A DNA stretch of 37,060 nt from a virus (Duplodnaviria > Caudoviricetes). The translations under genes and the position numbers were made by a program. This document shows positions 27,301 to 34,693 of this stretch, piece by piece (the stretch's first letter is position 1; each line of letters begins with the position of its first letter). A model generated the notes under the pieces. It worked only from the letters and a program-made list of their open reading frames with translations, did not search any database and was not told the origin of the DNA. The stretch covers positions 1 to 37,060 of IMG/VR virus record IMGVR_UViG_3300022666_000349. One strand, 5' to 3'.

Positions 27301-30300
27301 GACTGGGAAAGACTCCCTGAGATAGCGGAAACATTCAACGATTCATACATTGGGCGCGCAATTGGAGATCCCAAAACAAAAAGAATGATTTTCGTCATAG
27401 AAAGCGACCCTTATCAATATGTATATGTGGCTGAATTTGCAAGCGGGGGCAGGGGAAAAAGGCTTATCGTTAAAACCTATTTCAAGGATACGTCCAAAAA
27501 TGTAGAAGATTTCCTTGAAAAAAATGCGCAAAAAACAAAAGAGGTTCCTTCTGGTGTCGGGGATCTCACCCAACCTGCTTTACGCCCCCAGAATTCCACC
27601 TCTTCTGTGAATATTGTCGCCAATTCCGATGGCAATGTCAAGGAAAACGAAGGGAAAATAGACGACTTTGGAGAAAAGATAGGCAGTGCGCGGAAGGGCC
27701 GGTTGCGGCAGGCAGAGCAGGGCCAACAGCAGAGCGAACAGAAGAAAACCGTCGGCGAGGAAAAGCCGGTCAGGTTTGCCCTCCGTCCAGACATGAGCAA
27801 CAAGGAAGCCCTTCCTGGCCTGGTGGAAAGAGGCGTAAACAACTATGCGCCGGGAATGAAATTTCCGGATTTCGCCAAAAGGATGAAGGCGGAGCTGGGC
27901 GAATTATGGGAGCGCTTCAAGTCCATGATGTTCAAGGTGTGGCATCAGGTGCGGGCGAAGTTCGCCGAAGAACGGGGGAGCTTGTCGCGGGAACAAAGAG
28001 AGGAAAGCTTGTTTCCTGCCGACGCCAGGGCAGAAGAGGAGAATTTCCGAAAACAGTTAAACGATCCGGATTCTAACCGGAGGTCATTGGTTGAGGTGGG
28101 AAGTACCCCCAAGATTCTAGTCAGATTGGGAGCGCAACAGAAACCACTTTACATATCTCGAACGACCATTGAGAAGATAACAATGCCGGAAGGGGTCGGT
28201 AAAGGAAAACACAATTTGCCGATTGATGTTCTGGACGGTCTCTATCGAAACTTGCATGACCCGGTAATGGTCCTTGAATCAAAAGTTGAGAATATTAAAG
28301 CATTCGTTGTAGTTACCGAGATGTTCGTCAATCAGGGTGGACGGCGGGTACCGGTTATTGCTGCAATTCATATCAACGAGCAGCACGGGCGTAATGTGAT
28401 TAATAGAGTCGCGAGCGTTTACGGTAAGGATAGTCTGAAGTGGTTTGAAAATGAAATATTGGAACGGAGGGTAGTCTACCGTAGTAAACAGAAAAGCCCT
28501 TCATGGCTCATGACTGCTGGGCTCCAATTGCCCAGGGTGAGAGGAGCTATGAAGAGCTTCACTGATTCAAGAATACTTACCGAGGATGATGTTGTCAACC
28601 CGAAATTCGCCGTTACTGCGGAAGCTTACGGCATCCCGGCCGCCGACATTCAGGCGGCTTTCGAGCCGGTCTACAGGAACATGCCCAAGGCTCCGCCCTG
28701 GCGGGTAGTGCAGACGGCGGCGGAGCTGCCCAGGCGAGCGCTGGATGACGCGGCCAGACGCGGGATGCCGCAACGCTTTCTCCAGGCTGTCTACCTGGGT
28801 AATGAAGTCGTCTACGTGGCGGACCATTTCGGTTCCATCGAGGAGGCAAAACAGGTCATCCTCGAAGAGGTCGTAGTGCATCACGGCCTGCGCGCGATCC
28901 TGCCGCGGGATGCCTACGAAAAGCACATGCTCCATGCGGCGCTCTGGTACGCCAACAAGCGCACGGAAGACTGGAAGGCCCTGGCGGAGGGGTACGGGCT
29001 CGACCTCAAGACCCGCGCCGGACGCATCGAAGCGGCGGAAGAAATGCTCGGGCGGGACGCCAGAACCGGCAAGAACTCCACCATGCTCTCCCGCATCATC
29101 GCCGCCGTGAAAGAATTCCTCCGAAGCGTCGGTTTCGATGTGGGGTATGGCGAGGCCGAGATCCGGGAACTGCTCGGCAAGGCCCGCCGGTATATAGAAG
29201 GCAAAGAAGCGCCCTACGAAAAAGAGGGGGAGGGGGGCATCGACTACGGCGCGCTGCTGCGGAAGCTCAGGGAGCAGGGAATCACGGATGAGCAGCTTCA
29301 GGCATTCATGGCGTATGAGCCGGGCGGGGGAAAATTCGCGGGAGTAACTGTGAGGAAGTATCCCGCCACGATGAGTGCCGACAGTATACTGGAAACCCTC
29401 AATCCCAACGTCCGAAACGATGGCGGTTCTGAAATAATTGTAAGAAATGGACCCGAAAAGTCAAGAGATATGAGATTTGCCTTGGCCCTCCTCGAAGACG
29501 TGAAATCCCAAATCATCGAAAAGGGCGTCACCCTCAACACCACGGAACGGGAGGTCTTGGAGGCGGAGCGGCCGATAGCTCTGGAAGCCATCGCCGAGAC
29601 GGTGAAGGATTACGACGAACCGGGCCGGTTCCTGTTCCGGGCGTTCTACGTGGCCGACCAGGAACTTGCCCCCGGCGTGGTGCCATACAACCCCGAGCGC
29701 GGCCACTACGCCGCCGGGGAAGACCTGAAAGGCTCCTGGTGGACCACCTCCCTTTCCACGGCCCAGGAGATAGCCTGGAGCAAGGCCCGATCAGGGAAAA
29801 GGGTCAAGGTTGTCGCGCTGCCAGTGGACAAGTTGCCAAATGGCAACATATACATCCAGAACACCAATCCGCCTGGTTTCGTCTATGATCTCTTCGTGGG
29901 TCTGCCCTCGGACGTTTCCATGAAGGACGTTCGGGAAATGCCGGTGGACGGAGGCGTGCGCTACGCCCTGGCCGGCGACGGCCTGCTCAGATACACGGAA
30001 CAATGGGGGTCCGCCGATGCCTGGAAATCACTCGTGCGGCTCCTGAACCCTCTGGACTGGTCCAGGTTCAGGGAATGGATCGACGAGCACACCCCTGTTC
30101 ATATCATGAACACTGTCGGCCATTGGCTCAGAACCCCGGTGGAAGCGGCAGAAGCGGACCCGAACAAGGCCCCGCTTGTCGATACCGCCCTGGACCGGGA
30201 GAAAAACAAGAACTCCCTCATCCTCAAGCTCCTGGGCTGGTTCGGCGGCAAGGAAAAACCCGCCGGATTCGTGGAGAGATTGACGGAGCAAGTCACCAGC

Positions 30301-33222
30301 TGGGGCAACAAGGACCTGTCCACCGCCTGGGGCGTGATAGCGGACAACTACGCGCGGCTCTCCGGCGGGGACAAGAAGGGCGTCAACCTGCTCATCTGCC
30401 GGGGAGACATAGACGGCAAGGCATGGCGCACCTACGACATGGTGAAGGGCGAGAAAAAACTGGCCGAAAACCTCCCCTCCGAAGCGGCCTTTCAGGCCTA
30501 CCGGGACATCCGGACCCACATCGACACCGTAGTGGCCGACACCATAGAGGCCGAGATGAGAAAGTCGGCGGCGGAAAACGGCATGTCCATGGACGAGGTG
30601 GAAAAGCACATCTTCACCTTCCGCAACAACATGGCCAGACACCCCGGCTGGATGCCGCGCAACCATGGCGAAGGCGACTGGCAGGTAAACGTGTACCAGC
30701 GCATCACGGGCCTCAAGTGGGAAATCGGCCAGTACCGCGCCGCGCATCACTATCAATTCCTCAAGAAAAACGGCGACAGGGTAGACTTCGAAAAGAGCAT
30801 AGACGCCCTGTCCGCCTACCTCCCGTACTTCCCCGGCAAGGCCGTGGCCGACGAGATAAAGACCCTCGCCCGGCGGTTTGGCCTCGCCTACGAGCACGAG
30901 AGCGGCACGGGACGCCAGCGCGTCTATGTGGACCAGGGCGCGGAAAAGCGGCTTGGCAAGGCCATTGCGAAGCTGAAGAAAGACCTTTCCGTTGAGGGAC
31001 TTCCGGAGAAAAAGCGTTTCGAGCTGCAAAGCAAACTGACCGGCCTGGAAGACGCCCTGTTCTTCGTCAAGGGTAACAGCCCGCAAAAGCAGATCCGCTT
31101 CTTCGTCAAGCAGGCGGCCAAAATCATCGGCAAGCTGGAACTGCAAAACAGCGTGAACATCCGCCAGGCGGAAGAGAATCTTGAGCAGGCCATAAAGGAC
31201 AAAGAATCCGCGGCCGAGATAAAGCGGCTCAGGGACGAATTGCAACGCCTGGGGGACGGCAGCATCAAGGTCAAGGTCTACATGAAGCTCCAGTCCTCCC
31301 GCTCCAGGGCCAACAGGCACAAGAAAGAAGTCATGGCCGGCCTGAAAAGGTTCATGCCCGAAAACTACCTGGACTGGGCCTCCTACGAAACAAGGGTGGA
31401 CTTCAACGACCGCTTGACCGAAGCCACCTACGGCGACATGCAGAACGATTTCGCCATGGAACAGGCCCAGTTGCAGGCCGTGGAACGGGCCGCGTCCAAA
31501 CAGGACATCAGCAAGACCGAGGCCGCCGGCATCCGCCATCAGATCGTCCAGTCCCTGGCCGAAATCCTCATGGCCAGGGGCGCCGGGGCCCATCGCATCC
31601 AGCGGGCGCCCTATCTCATCGAGGGATACGAGACCGAAAACCCCATACTGGCCTATCAGGATTACATGACCTCCACGGCGGGCATGATATCCAAGGCCCA
31701 GTACGCCTGCGCCCAGTTCGAAAACTTCCGCTACGCCAGGCCCGAGGTAAAACCCTGGGCCGAGCAGTACATCAGGGACACCCTGCGCAACATGGGCGCG
31801 GCGGACCGCATCGGCGCCAACCTCCGATCCGTCGCGACCCTGGCCTATCTGGGCTTCAAGGTCTCCTCCATGGTAATAAACTCCACCCAGCCGTGGACGC
31901 TGGGGATTGCTGAACTGGGCAAGCACACCCGGCAGAACGCGCTTGTGGCCATCGCCAGAGCGCAAAAGGACATCTTCAGGGGTAAACTGAGCGACGAGGA
32001 AAAGGCGATATTCTCCTCCGAGATCTGGAAGGAGCAGGAACAGAACACCGTCATCCGGGAAATGGCGGGAGCAGGTGAAGGGACAACCGGCAAGATATCC
32101 GGCTTCTTCCACACCCTGACCGGCAAGGCCCTGTCCGGCTTCCAGGAAGTAGAAATGCTCAACCGCAAGACCGTCATCCTGGCCGCCTACAGGAGCTTCC
32201 GGGCGGACGGAATGGAACACGCCGAGGCTCTTGACAAGGCCCTCCGGGTCAACCGGCGGGTAAACTTCGAAATGTCCAGGGCCAACCTGCCGGGCTTCGC
32301 CCAGAAACCGCTGGGAAGGACCGTGTACGCCCTGCAATCGTTCCTGTGGAATAACTGGAACTGGGTCTACAACAACCTCACCAGCGGCAAGAAAGAGGAC
32401 ATGGCGGCCATGCTCCGCTATGCGGCGGCCATGGCCATCATCGGCGGGGCGGCGGCGCTCCCGGGCTGGGACGAGCTCGACAAGCTCTATCAGACCCTCT
32501 TTGGCGAATCGCCCCGGCTGGCCTTCAGGAAATGGACGAAACAACACGCCCGCCAATACGGCGCCCTGGGCGAGATGGTCAACGGCTTCGCCTGGCACGG
32601 ACTCGCCAGCGCCACGGGCGTCAACATCTCCAACGCCATGCGCCTCCAGATCCCCATTGTCTCCCCGCTCCTGTCGGGCGACTCCCTCCCCGAGGCCGCC
32701 GGGGGCGTGTTCACCGGCCTTGCGCAGAAGGGGGGCAGGGCGGTTACCGCGGCCAGCCGGGGGGATTGGCACCGGGCGCTGGAAAACATCTCCCCGGAGG
32801 CCCTGGCCGGAGGCATGCGGGCCTACCGCATGGCCACCAAGGGCGCCACCACCGGAACCGGCAAGGTTATCTTCGACGAAAACGGCAGGCCCATGAAATA
32901 CGGAACCGGTGAAGCGGCTGTCAGGATGCTGGGCTTCCAGCCATCCCGCATCGCGGAACGAAACGACCTGACCAACGTGGAAAAGGGCCTCTCGGCGCAC
33001 TGGAGGGAACAACGGGGGGATCTGCTGGCCGAACTGAGATTGTCAAAACCTGGCCAGCGTAAAGAGGTGATGCTGAAGATAATGAAGTTCAACCGGCGTC
33101 TAAGGACGTCCCAGGCCAACGGACTCGTCCCGGTCATCAAAACGGCGGCCATCCGCCGGACCCTGAGCGACAGGCCCAACAAGGGCAAAGCCGAATGGCA
33201 AAGGGAGCAGTTGAGCGGGTGA
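24340..33222 (+). CDS. 2960-aa polyvalent/internal virion protein with PBECR-like, MuF-C-like, degenerate zincin and possible ART-like modules
   Basis: G/A-rich N-terminus; DSIIHVKKRH...IVKTYFK (~27110-27490); KGKH...LHDPVMV...NRVASVYGKD (~28040-28490); LPD5-like IDDFGEKIGSARK remnant; EEVVVHHGLR; large helical C-terminus. Confidence 0.85.
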   Translation: MGVYDKELPEFLNADIDSILADFRSRPIPPYTPPPAPEEEDGEFVKGLKRGVEGLKSSAYGAAGLAGSALGMDDVRDWGYKGFLEHEEEAAKHAGRVQTLEDIKGLGDVPDYVTGTFGSLVPSMAESAVTATVGSLIGSTAGPGGTVAGAATGFLGKQAVKSAIRKLARKYVKEGMEKKLAREAAERAVGLLPAKKIAANLGAKAGIVAGTAPIEAGAMWGEGMQQGKDNPYSAAVFGTLSGLSELVGGEGELIDIFTNPARQAAKGNIIKRIGMEMVKTIPQEAAQEATQETLAIINRKVVDPSFDMFGEEARSRVLNSAAAGAIGGVAFGAAGGVKSGREKGPLTRAAEAAVPPATPQPAMEPDPFQDEQPPHYSEKLEQEEQQIREAAGVKPNEETPGGTTAEQQQVDQDGPLSGAGMGQTDTVLSEDEQAIQQPVNEQQRSTDELLLDDARDWAAGQIKLGKTHLMRQIAEPPDSYYKRLIDSYQKRNQKPPAQPADTGPKYASVQLVNPESGGIEIVRPEEVAARLLSGWRPVEQDVSPVTRHTSPITGLNAVTEKERESLKSAMERLQYWEHSGTDGGKSNREQLYPWLSSWPTTTPAEVGKAIGRFLEGKKLGDVQQRLVEAALEYERENSVPFDIAEETTEEDAPQAQSAPAGKTPLSGTVRAKAQAYAQSAGMDLDGATDEEIAAFVEKYRAWKWAKRQEEHLTKKIEKTREPKALERLGKSLAEATSKRKELEPKGPVGGAAPITDNPSPITDVTADRKARWAEARRKHLLNKLAQEKEPKARERIRNTLVRLEAERVPRQEERRGKGDAEKPASQNAPETVFEGKAIPEPGPEKESEKHKATAKQWLLTAFDKRTGADTSADTTSLASTGDTARHATDSTLDKTLPSEDASVKDSAGAVPPASGEMSKAPSMVRDFAAKVLNGEDHPKRLVFKVTTETKRQKVINDTGVDIGGSVEMVLPDSIIHVKKRHLDITLDDWERLPEIAETFNDSYIGRAIGDPKTKRMIFVIESDPYQYVYVAEFASGGRGKRLIVKTYFKDTSKNVEDFLEKNAQKTKEVPSGVGDLTQPALRPQNSTSSVNIVANSDGNVKENEGKIDDFGEKIGSARKGRLRQAEQGQQQSEQKKTVGEEKPVRFALRPDMSNKEALPGLVERGVNNYAPGMKFPDFAKRMKAELGELWERFKSMMFKVWHQVRAKFAEERGSLSREQREESLFPADARAEEENFRKQLNDPDSNRRSLVEVGSTPKILVRLGAQQKPLYISRTTIEKITMPEGVGKGKHNLPIDVLDGLYRNLHDPVMVLESKVENIKAFVVVTEMFVNQGGRRVPVIAAIHINEQHGRNVINRVASVYGKDSLKWFENEILERRVVYRSKQKSPSWLMTAGLQLPRVRGAMKSFTDSRILTEDDVVNPKFAVTAEAYGIPAADIQAAFEPVYRNMPKAPPWRVVQTAAELPRRALDDAARRGMPQRFLQAVYLGNEVVYVADHFGSIEEAKQVILEEVVVHHGLRAILPRDAYEKHMLHAALWYANKRTEDWKALAEGYGLDLKTRAGRIEAAEEMLGRDARTGKNSTMLSRIIAAVKEFLRSVGFDVGYGEAEIRELLGKARRYIEGKEAPYEKEGEGGIDYGALLRKLREQGITDEQLQAFMAYEPGGGKFAGVTVRKYPATMSADSILETLNPNVRNDGGSEIIVRNGPEKSRDMRFALALLEDVKSQIIEKGVTLNTTEREVLEAERPIALEAIAETVKDYDEPGRFLFRAFYVADQELAPGVVPYNPERGHYAAGEDLKGSWWTTSLSTAQEIAWSKARSGKRVKVVALPVDKLPNGNIYIQNTNPPGFVYDLFVGLPSDVSMKDVREMPVDGGVRYALAGDGLLRYTEQWGSADAWKSLVRLLNPLDWSRFREWIDEHTPVHIMNTVGHWLRTPVEAAEADPNKAPLVDTALDREKNKNSLILKLLGWFGGKEKPAGFVERLTEQVTSWGNKDLSTAWGVIADNYARLSGGDKKGVNLLICRGDIDGKAWRTYDMVKGEKKLAENLPSEAAFQAYRDIRTHIDTVVADTIEAEMRKSAAENGMSMDEVEKHIFTFRNNMARHPGWMPRNHGEGDWQVNVYQRITGLKWEIGQYRAAHHYQFLKKNGDRVDFEKSIDALSAYLPYFPGKAVADEIKTLARRFGLAYEHESGTGRQRVYVDQGAEKRLGKAIAKLKKDLSVEGLPEKKRFELQSKLTGLEDALFFVKGNSPQKQIRFFVKQAAKIIGKLELQNSVNIRQAEENLEQAIKDKESAAEIKRLRDELQRLGDGSIKVKVYMKLQSSRSRANRHKKEVMAGLKRFMPENYLDWASYETRVDFNDRLTEATYGDMQNDFAMEQAQLQAVERAASKQDISKTEAAGIRHQIVQSLAEILMARGAGAHRIQRAPYLIEGYETENPILAYQDYMTSTAGMISKAQYACAQFENFRYARPEVKPWAEQYIRDTLRNMGAADRIGANLRSVATLAYLGFKVSSMVINSTQPWTLGIAELGKHTRQNALVAIARAQKDIFRGKLSDEEKAIFSSEIWKEQEQNTVIREMAGAGEGTTGKISGFFHTLTGKALSGFQEVEMLNRKTVILAAYRSFRADGMEHAEALDKALRVNRRVNFEMSRANLPGFAQKPLGRTVYALQSFLWNNWNWVYNNLTSGKKEDMAAMLRYAAAMAIIGGAAALPGWDELDKLYQTLFGESPRLAFRKWTKQHARQYGALGEMVNGFAWHGLASATGVNISNAMRLQIPIVSPLLSGDSLPEAAGGVFTGLAQKGGRAVTAASRGDWHRALENISPEALAGGMRAYRMATKGATTGTGKVIFDENGRPMKYGTGEAAVRMLGFQPSRIAERNDLTNVEKGLSAHWREQRGDLLAELRLSKPGQRKEVMLKIMKFNRRLRTSQANGLVPVIKTAAIRRTLSDRPNKGKAEWQREQLSG
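26880..27050 (-). ncRNA. Candidate antisense small RNA unit A (promoter, fold-back, terminator)
   Basis: TTAACA(27050-27045)-17-TAATGT; stem AGAATCGGTAGC/GCGCCGGTTCT; terminator AGCCACTG/CAGTGGCT plus U-rich tail. Confidence 0.55.
27528..27641 (-). ncRNA. Candidate antisense small RNA unit B with a T-arm-like hairpin
   Basis: TTGACA(27641-27636)-17-GACAAT; AAGAGGT/ACCTCTT and TTCTGG/CCAGAA stems; GTTGGG-TGAGATC-CCCGAC; ends TTTTGTTTTTT. Confidence 0.62.
28485..28598 (-). ncRNA. Candidate antisense small RNA unit C
   Basis: TTGACA(28598-28593)-17-TATTCT; 16-bp stem AAGCTCTTCATAGCTC/GAGCCATGAAGGGCTT; inner CTGGGC-AATTGGA-GCCCAG; U-rich end. Confidence 0.62.
29352..29464 (-). ncRNA. Candidate antisense small RNA unit D
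   Basis: TTGACT(29464-29459)-16-TACAAT; CCGCCATCG/CGTGGCGG closing stem, CGTTTCGGACG hairpin, GATTGAG/CTCATC arm. Confidence 0.55.
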
Positions 33223-33339
33223 TGATTAAACGGCACGCTGGCCATGCAATTTAACGGTGCAAGCCTGGCCCATGGAGTGAAGCGGAGATAGGTCATCTTC
33301 CATGGGAATCCTTTACAAGGCGAAACTCCAGGCGCCCAA

Positions 33340-33377
33340 CCGAGCGCGAGGGCTTTTATCTCTTCATGGGTAAGCAT
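33340..33377 (-). pseudogene. N-terminal remnant of an XRE-type antitoxin
   Basis: AAGGAG RBS then MLTHEEIKALAL, resembling HTH-antitoxin N-termini; similarity is lost afterwards. Confidence 0.4.
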
Positions 33378-33405
33378 GCCTTGTCTCCTTCAGCTCCACA
33401 GGTTG

Positions 33406-33735
33406 TCACCGTGCCTGGGATGAAGTCTCCAGAAGCTGTTCGGCAATCCAGGCATTGAGGCTTTTTCCCGCCTGTTTTGCCGCGATATATACCTTGCGGT
33501 GCAGATCGGGGGATATGCGCAACATGAATTTCCCGGTAAAAGGTTTTTCCGGCGCATGTCCCAGTTGCGCGCAGAAATCAAGATAGTCTTCAACGGAATC
33601 GTGGAAAGCGGCGCGTATCTCTTCCACGCTTGTTCCCTGAAAGGTGATGACATCGCGGGTGTTGATGACTTCTCCGTGAAAAACTCCCGCGTCGTCGTCA
33701 AAATCCACTTTGCCGAGATAACCCTTGTATTCCAT
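33406..33735 (-). CDS. hicB: HicB-family antitoxin (no adjacent hicA)
   Basis: MEYKGY...FHGEVINTRDVITFQG...SVEDYL...PEKPFTGKFMLRISPDLH...SLNAW. Confidence 0.92.
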   Translation of the reverse strand: MEYKGYLGKVDFDDDAGVFHGEVINTRDVITFQGTSVEEIRAAFHDSVEDYLDFCAQLGHAPEKPFTGKFMLRISPDLHRKVYIAAKQAGKSLNAWIAEQLLETSSQAR

Positions 33736-34031
33736 CACGGCTTGACACCAGCTGTTTTCAGCAAGACCTCCGGATGCAGGGAAGCGATACGCAAAAGGAC
33801 GCGCGCCGGTCCTTCCGGCTTGCGCCGTCCTTGTTCCCAGTTCCGCAGGGTAGCGACGCTGATACCCACCAACCGCGCGAACTTCTCCTGCGAAAGACCA
33901 AACTGTTCCCGAAGTTCGCGCACCTCGGTTTCGGGGAAATCAAAAGAGCGCGAAGGCTGCATGGTCCCTTTCAGGATTGCGGCGCCCTGCTTCATGCTTT
34001 CCATAAGCTCCTGGAAAAGGTCATCTTCCAT
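33735..34031 (-). CDS. higA: HigA/NadS-like HTH antitoxin
   Basis: LFQELMESMKQ...LSQEKFARLVGISVATLRNWEQGRRKPEGPARVLL. Confidence 0.9.
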   Translation of the reverse strand: MEDDLFQELMESMKQGAAILKGTMQPSRSFDFPETEVRELREQFGLSQEKFARLVGISVATLRNWEQGRRKPEGPARVLLRIASLHPEVLLKTAGVKP

Positions 34032-34344
34032 GGTAGTCCTCCTCTACAATCTTCTTGAGTTGCTTCACCTGGTCCCGCGTAAGGTCGCCCTGAACGTTTT
34101 TCGGGTACATAAACAGCAACAAAATGGTTTCCATAGAAATAAACCAGTAATAAATTATCCGGACGCCGCCTCTTTTGCCGCGTCCGTCAGTTGACCATCG
34201 CACTTTGCGAAGGCCGCCCCCTCCGGGAATAGCCTTCCCTGCGTCGGGCCTGTCAAGAAGTACGGACTGAAACAGTCGATACTCCTCATCCGACAGCATG
34301 GAAAGCGCCTGTTTGGTAAATACTGGTGTTTCGATTATGACCAT
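34021..34344 (-). CDS. higB: HigB2/RelE-family mRNase toxin
   Basis: IETPVFTK...PDAGKAIPGGGGLRKVRW...GKRGGVRIIYY...YPKN. Confidence 0.92.
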   Translation of the reverse strand: MVIIETPVFTKQALSMLSDEEYRLFQSVLLDRPDAGKAIPGGGGLRKVRWSTDGRGKRGGVRIIYYWFISMETILLLFMYPKNVQGDLTRDQVKQLKKIVEEDYHGR

Positions 34345-34350
34345 ACGCAA

Positions 34351-34379
34351 ACTATACGCCATTGGCGTATAAAGAACAA
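34351..34379 (-). promoter_or_regulatory. higBA promoter with palindromic operator; probably leaderless transcript
   Basis: TTGTTC-17-TATAGT, 6 nt before ATG 34344; inverted repeat TATACGCCA-T-TGGCGTATA (34353-34371). Confidence 0.8.
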
Positions 34380-34390
34380 CCAAAAACCTG

Positions 34391-34436
34391 TTGACGGCTC
34401 AATTTGAAGGTGATAGCGTTCATCAATATGTTGAAC
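34391..34436 (+). promoter_or_regulatory. Antirepressor-operon promoter with operator copy 3
   Basis: TTGACG-17-TAGCGT; GTTCAT-CAATATG-TTGAAC (34418-34436). Confidence 0.7.
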
Positions 34437-34580
34437 ACATCAAGAAAAAACCCCTTGAAAAACCCTCCGGATACTGGTAAAGGTATCGGTATCCAACCCA
34501 AGGGCGGCCGCGACCTAACAGCGGAACTTTTGTTTTCGGGAGAGAAAACCCGGAAACCTTATCACCGGCAAGAGCAAACC

Positions 34581-34661
34581 AGCGTGCCGGTAGAGATGCG
34601 CGGTACCCGTGAGGGCCGCGGCGCCTTGGGCGTGGATAGTCTCTACCGGCACGCTTTTTTT
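34581..34661 (+). ncRNA. C4/CI-like structured regulatory RNA in the antirepressor leader
   Basis: Perfect 16-bp stem 34581-34596/34640-34655 plus T-run; inner CCC-GTGA-GGG; loop CCTTGGGCGTGGAT complementary to two ATCCAACCCAAGG copies. Confidence 0.7.
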
Positions 34662-34693
34662 GTGCCGAAAATCCAACCCAAGGAGGTAGTACC

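Noticed and set aside
29385-29413. Extra minus-strand promoter using TATACT
   Set aside because: No acceptable -35 at 16-18 nt; it lies inside the predicted unit D RNA
30028-33012. 994-aa minus-strand ORF
   Set aside because: Antisense shadow of the giant gene caused by GC-rich codon bias; no recognisable motifs
32823-33340. Remainder of the 184-aa minus-strand ORF
   Set aside because: Overlaps the giant gene antisense; only the first ~12 codons look genuine
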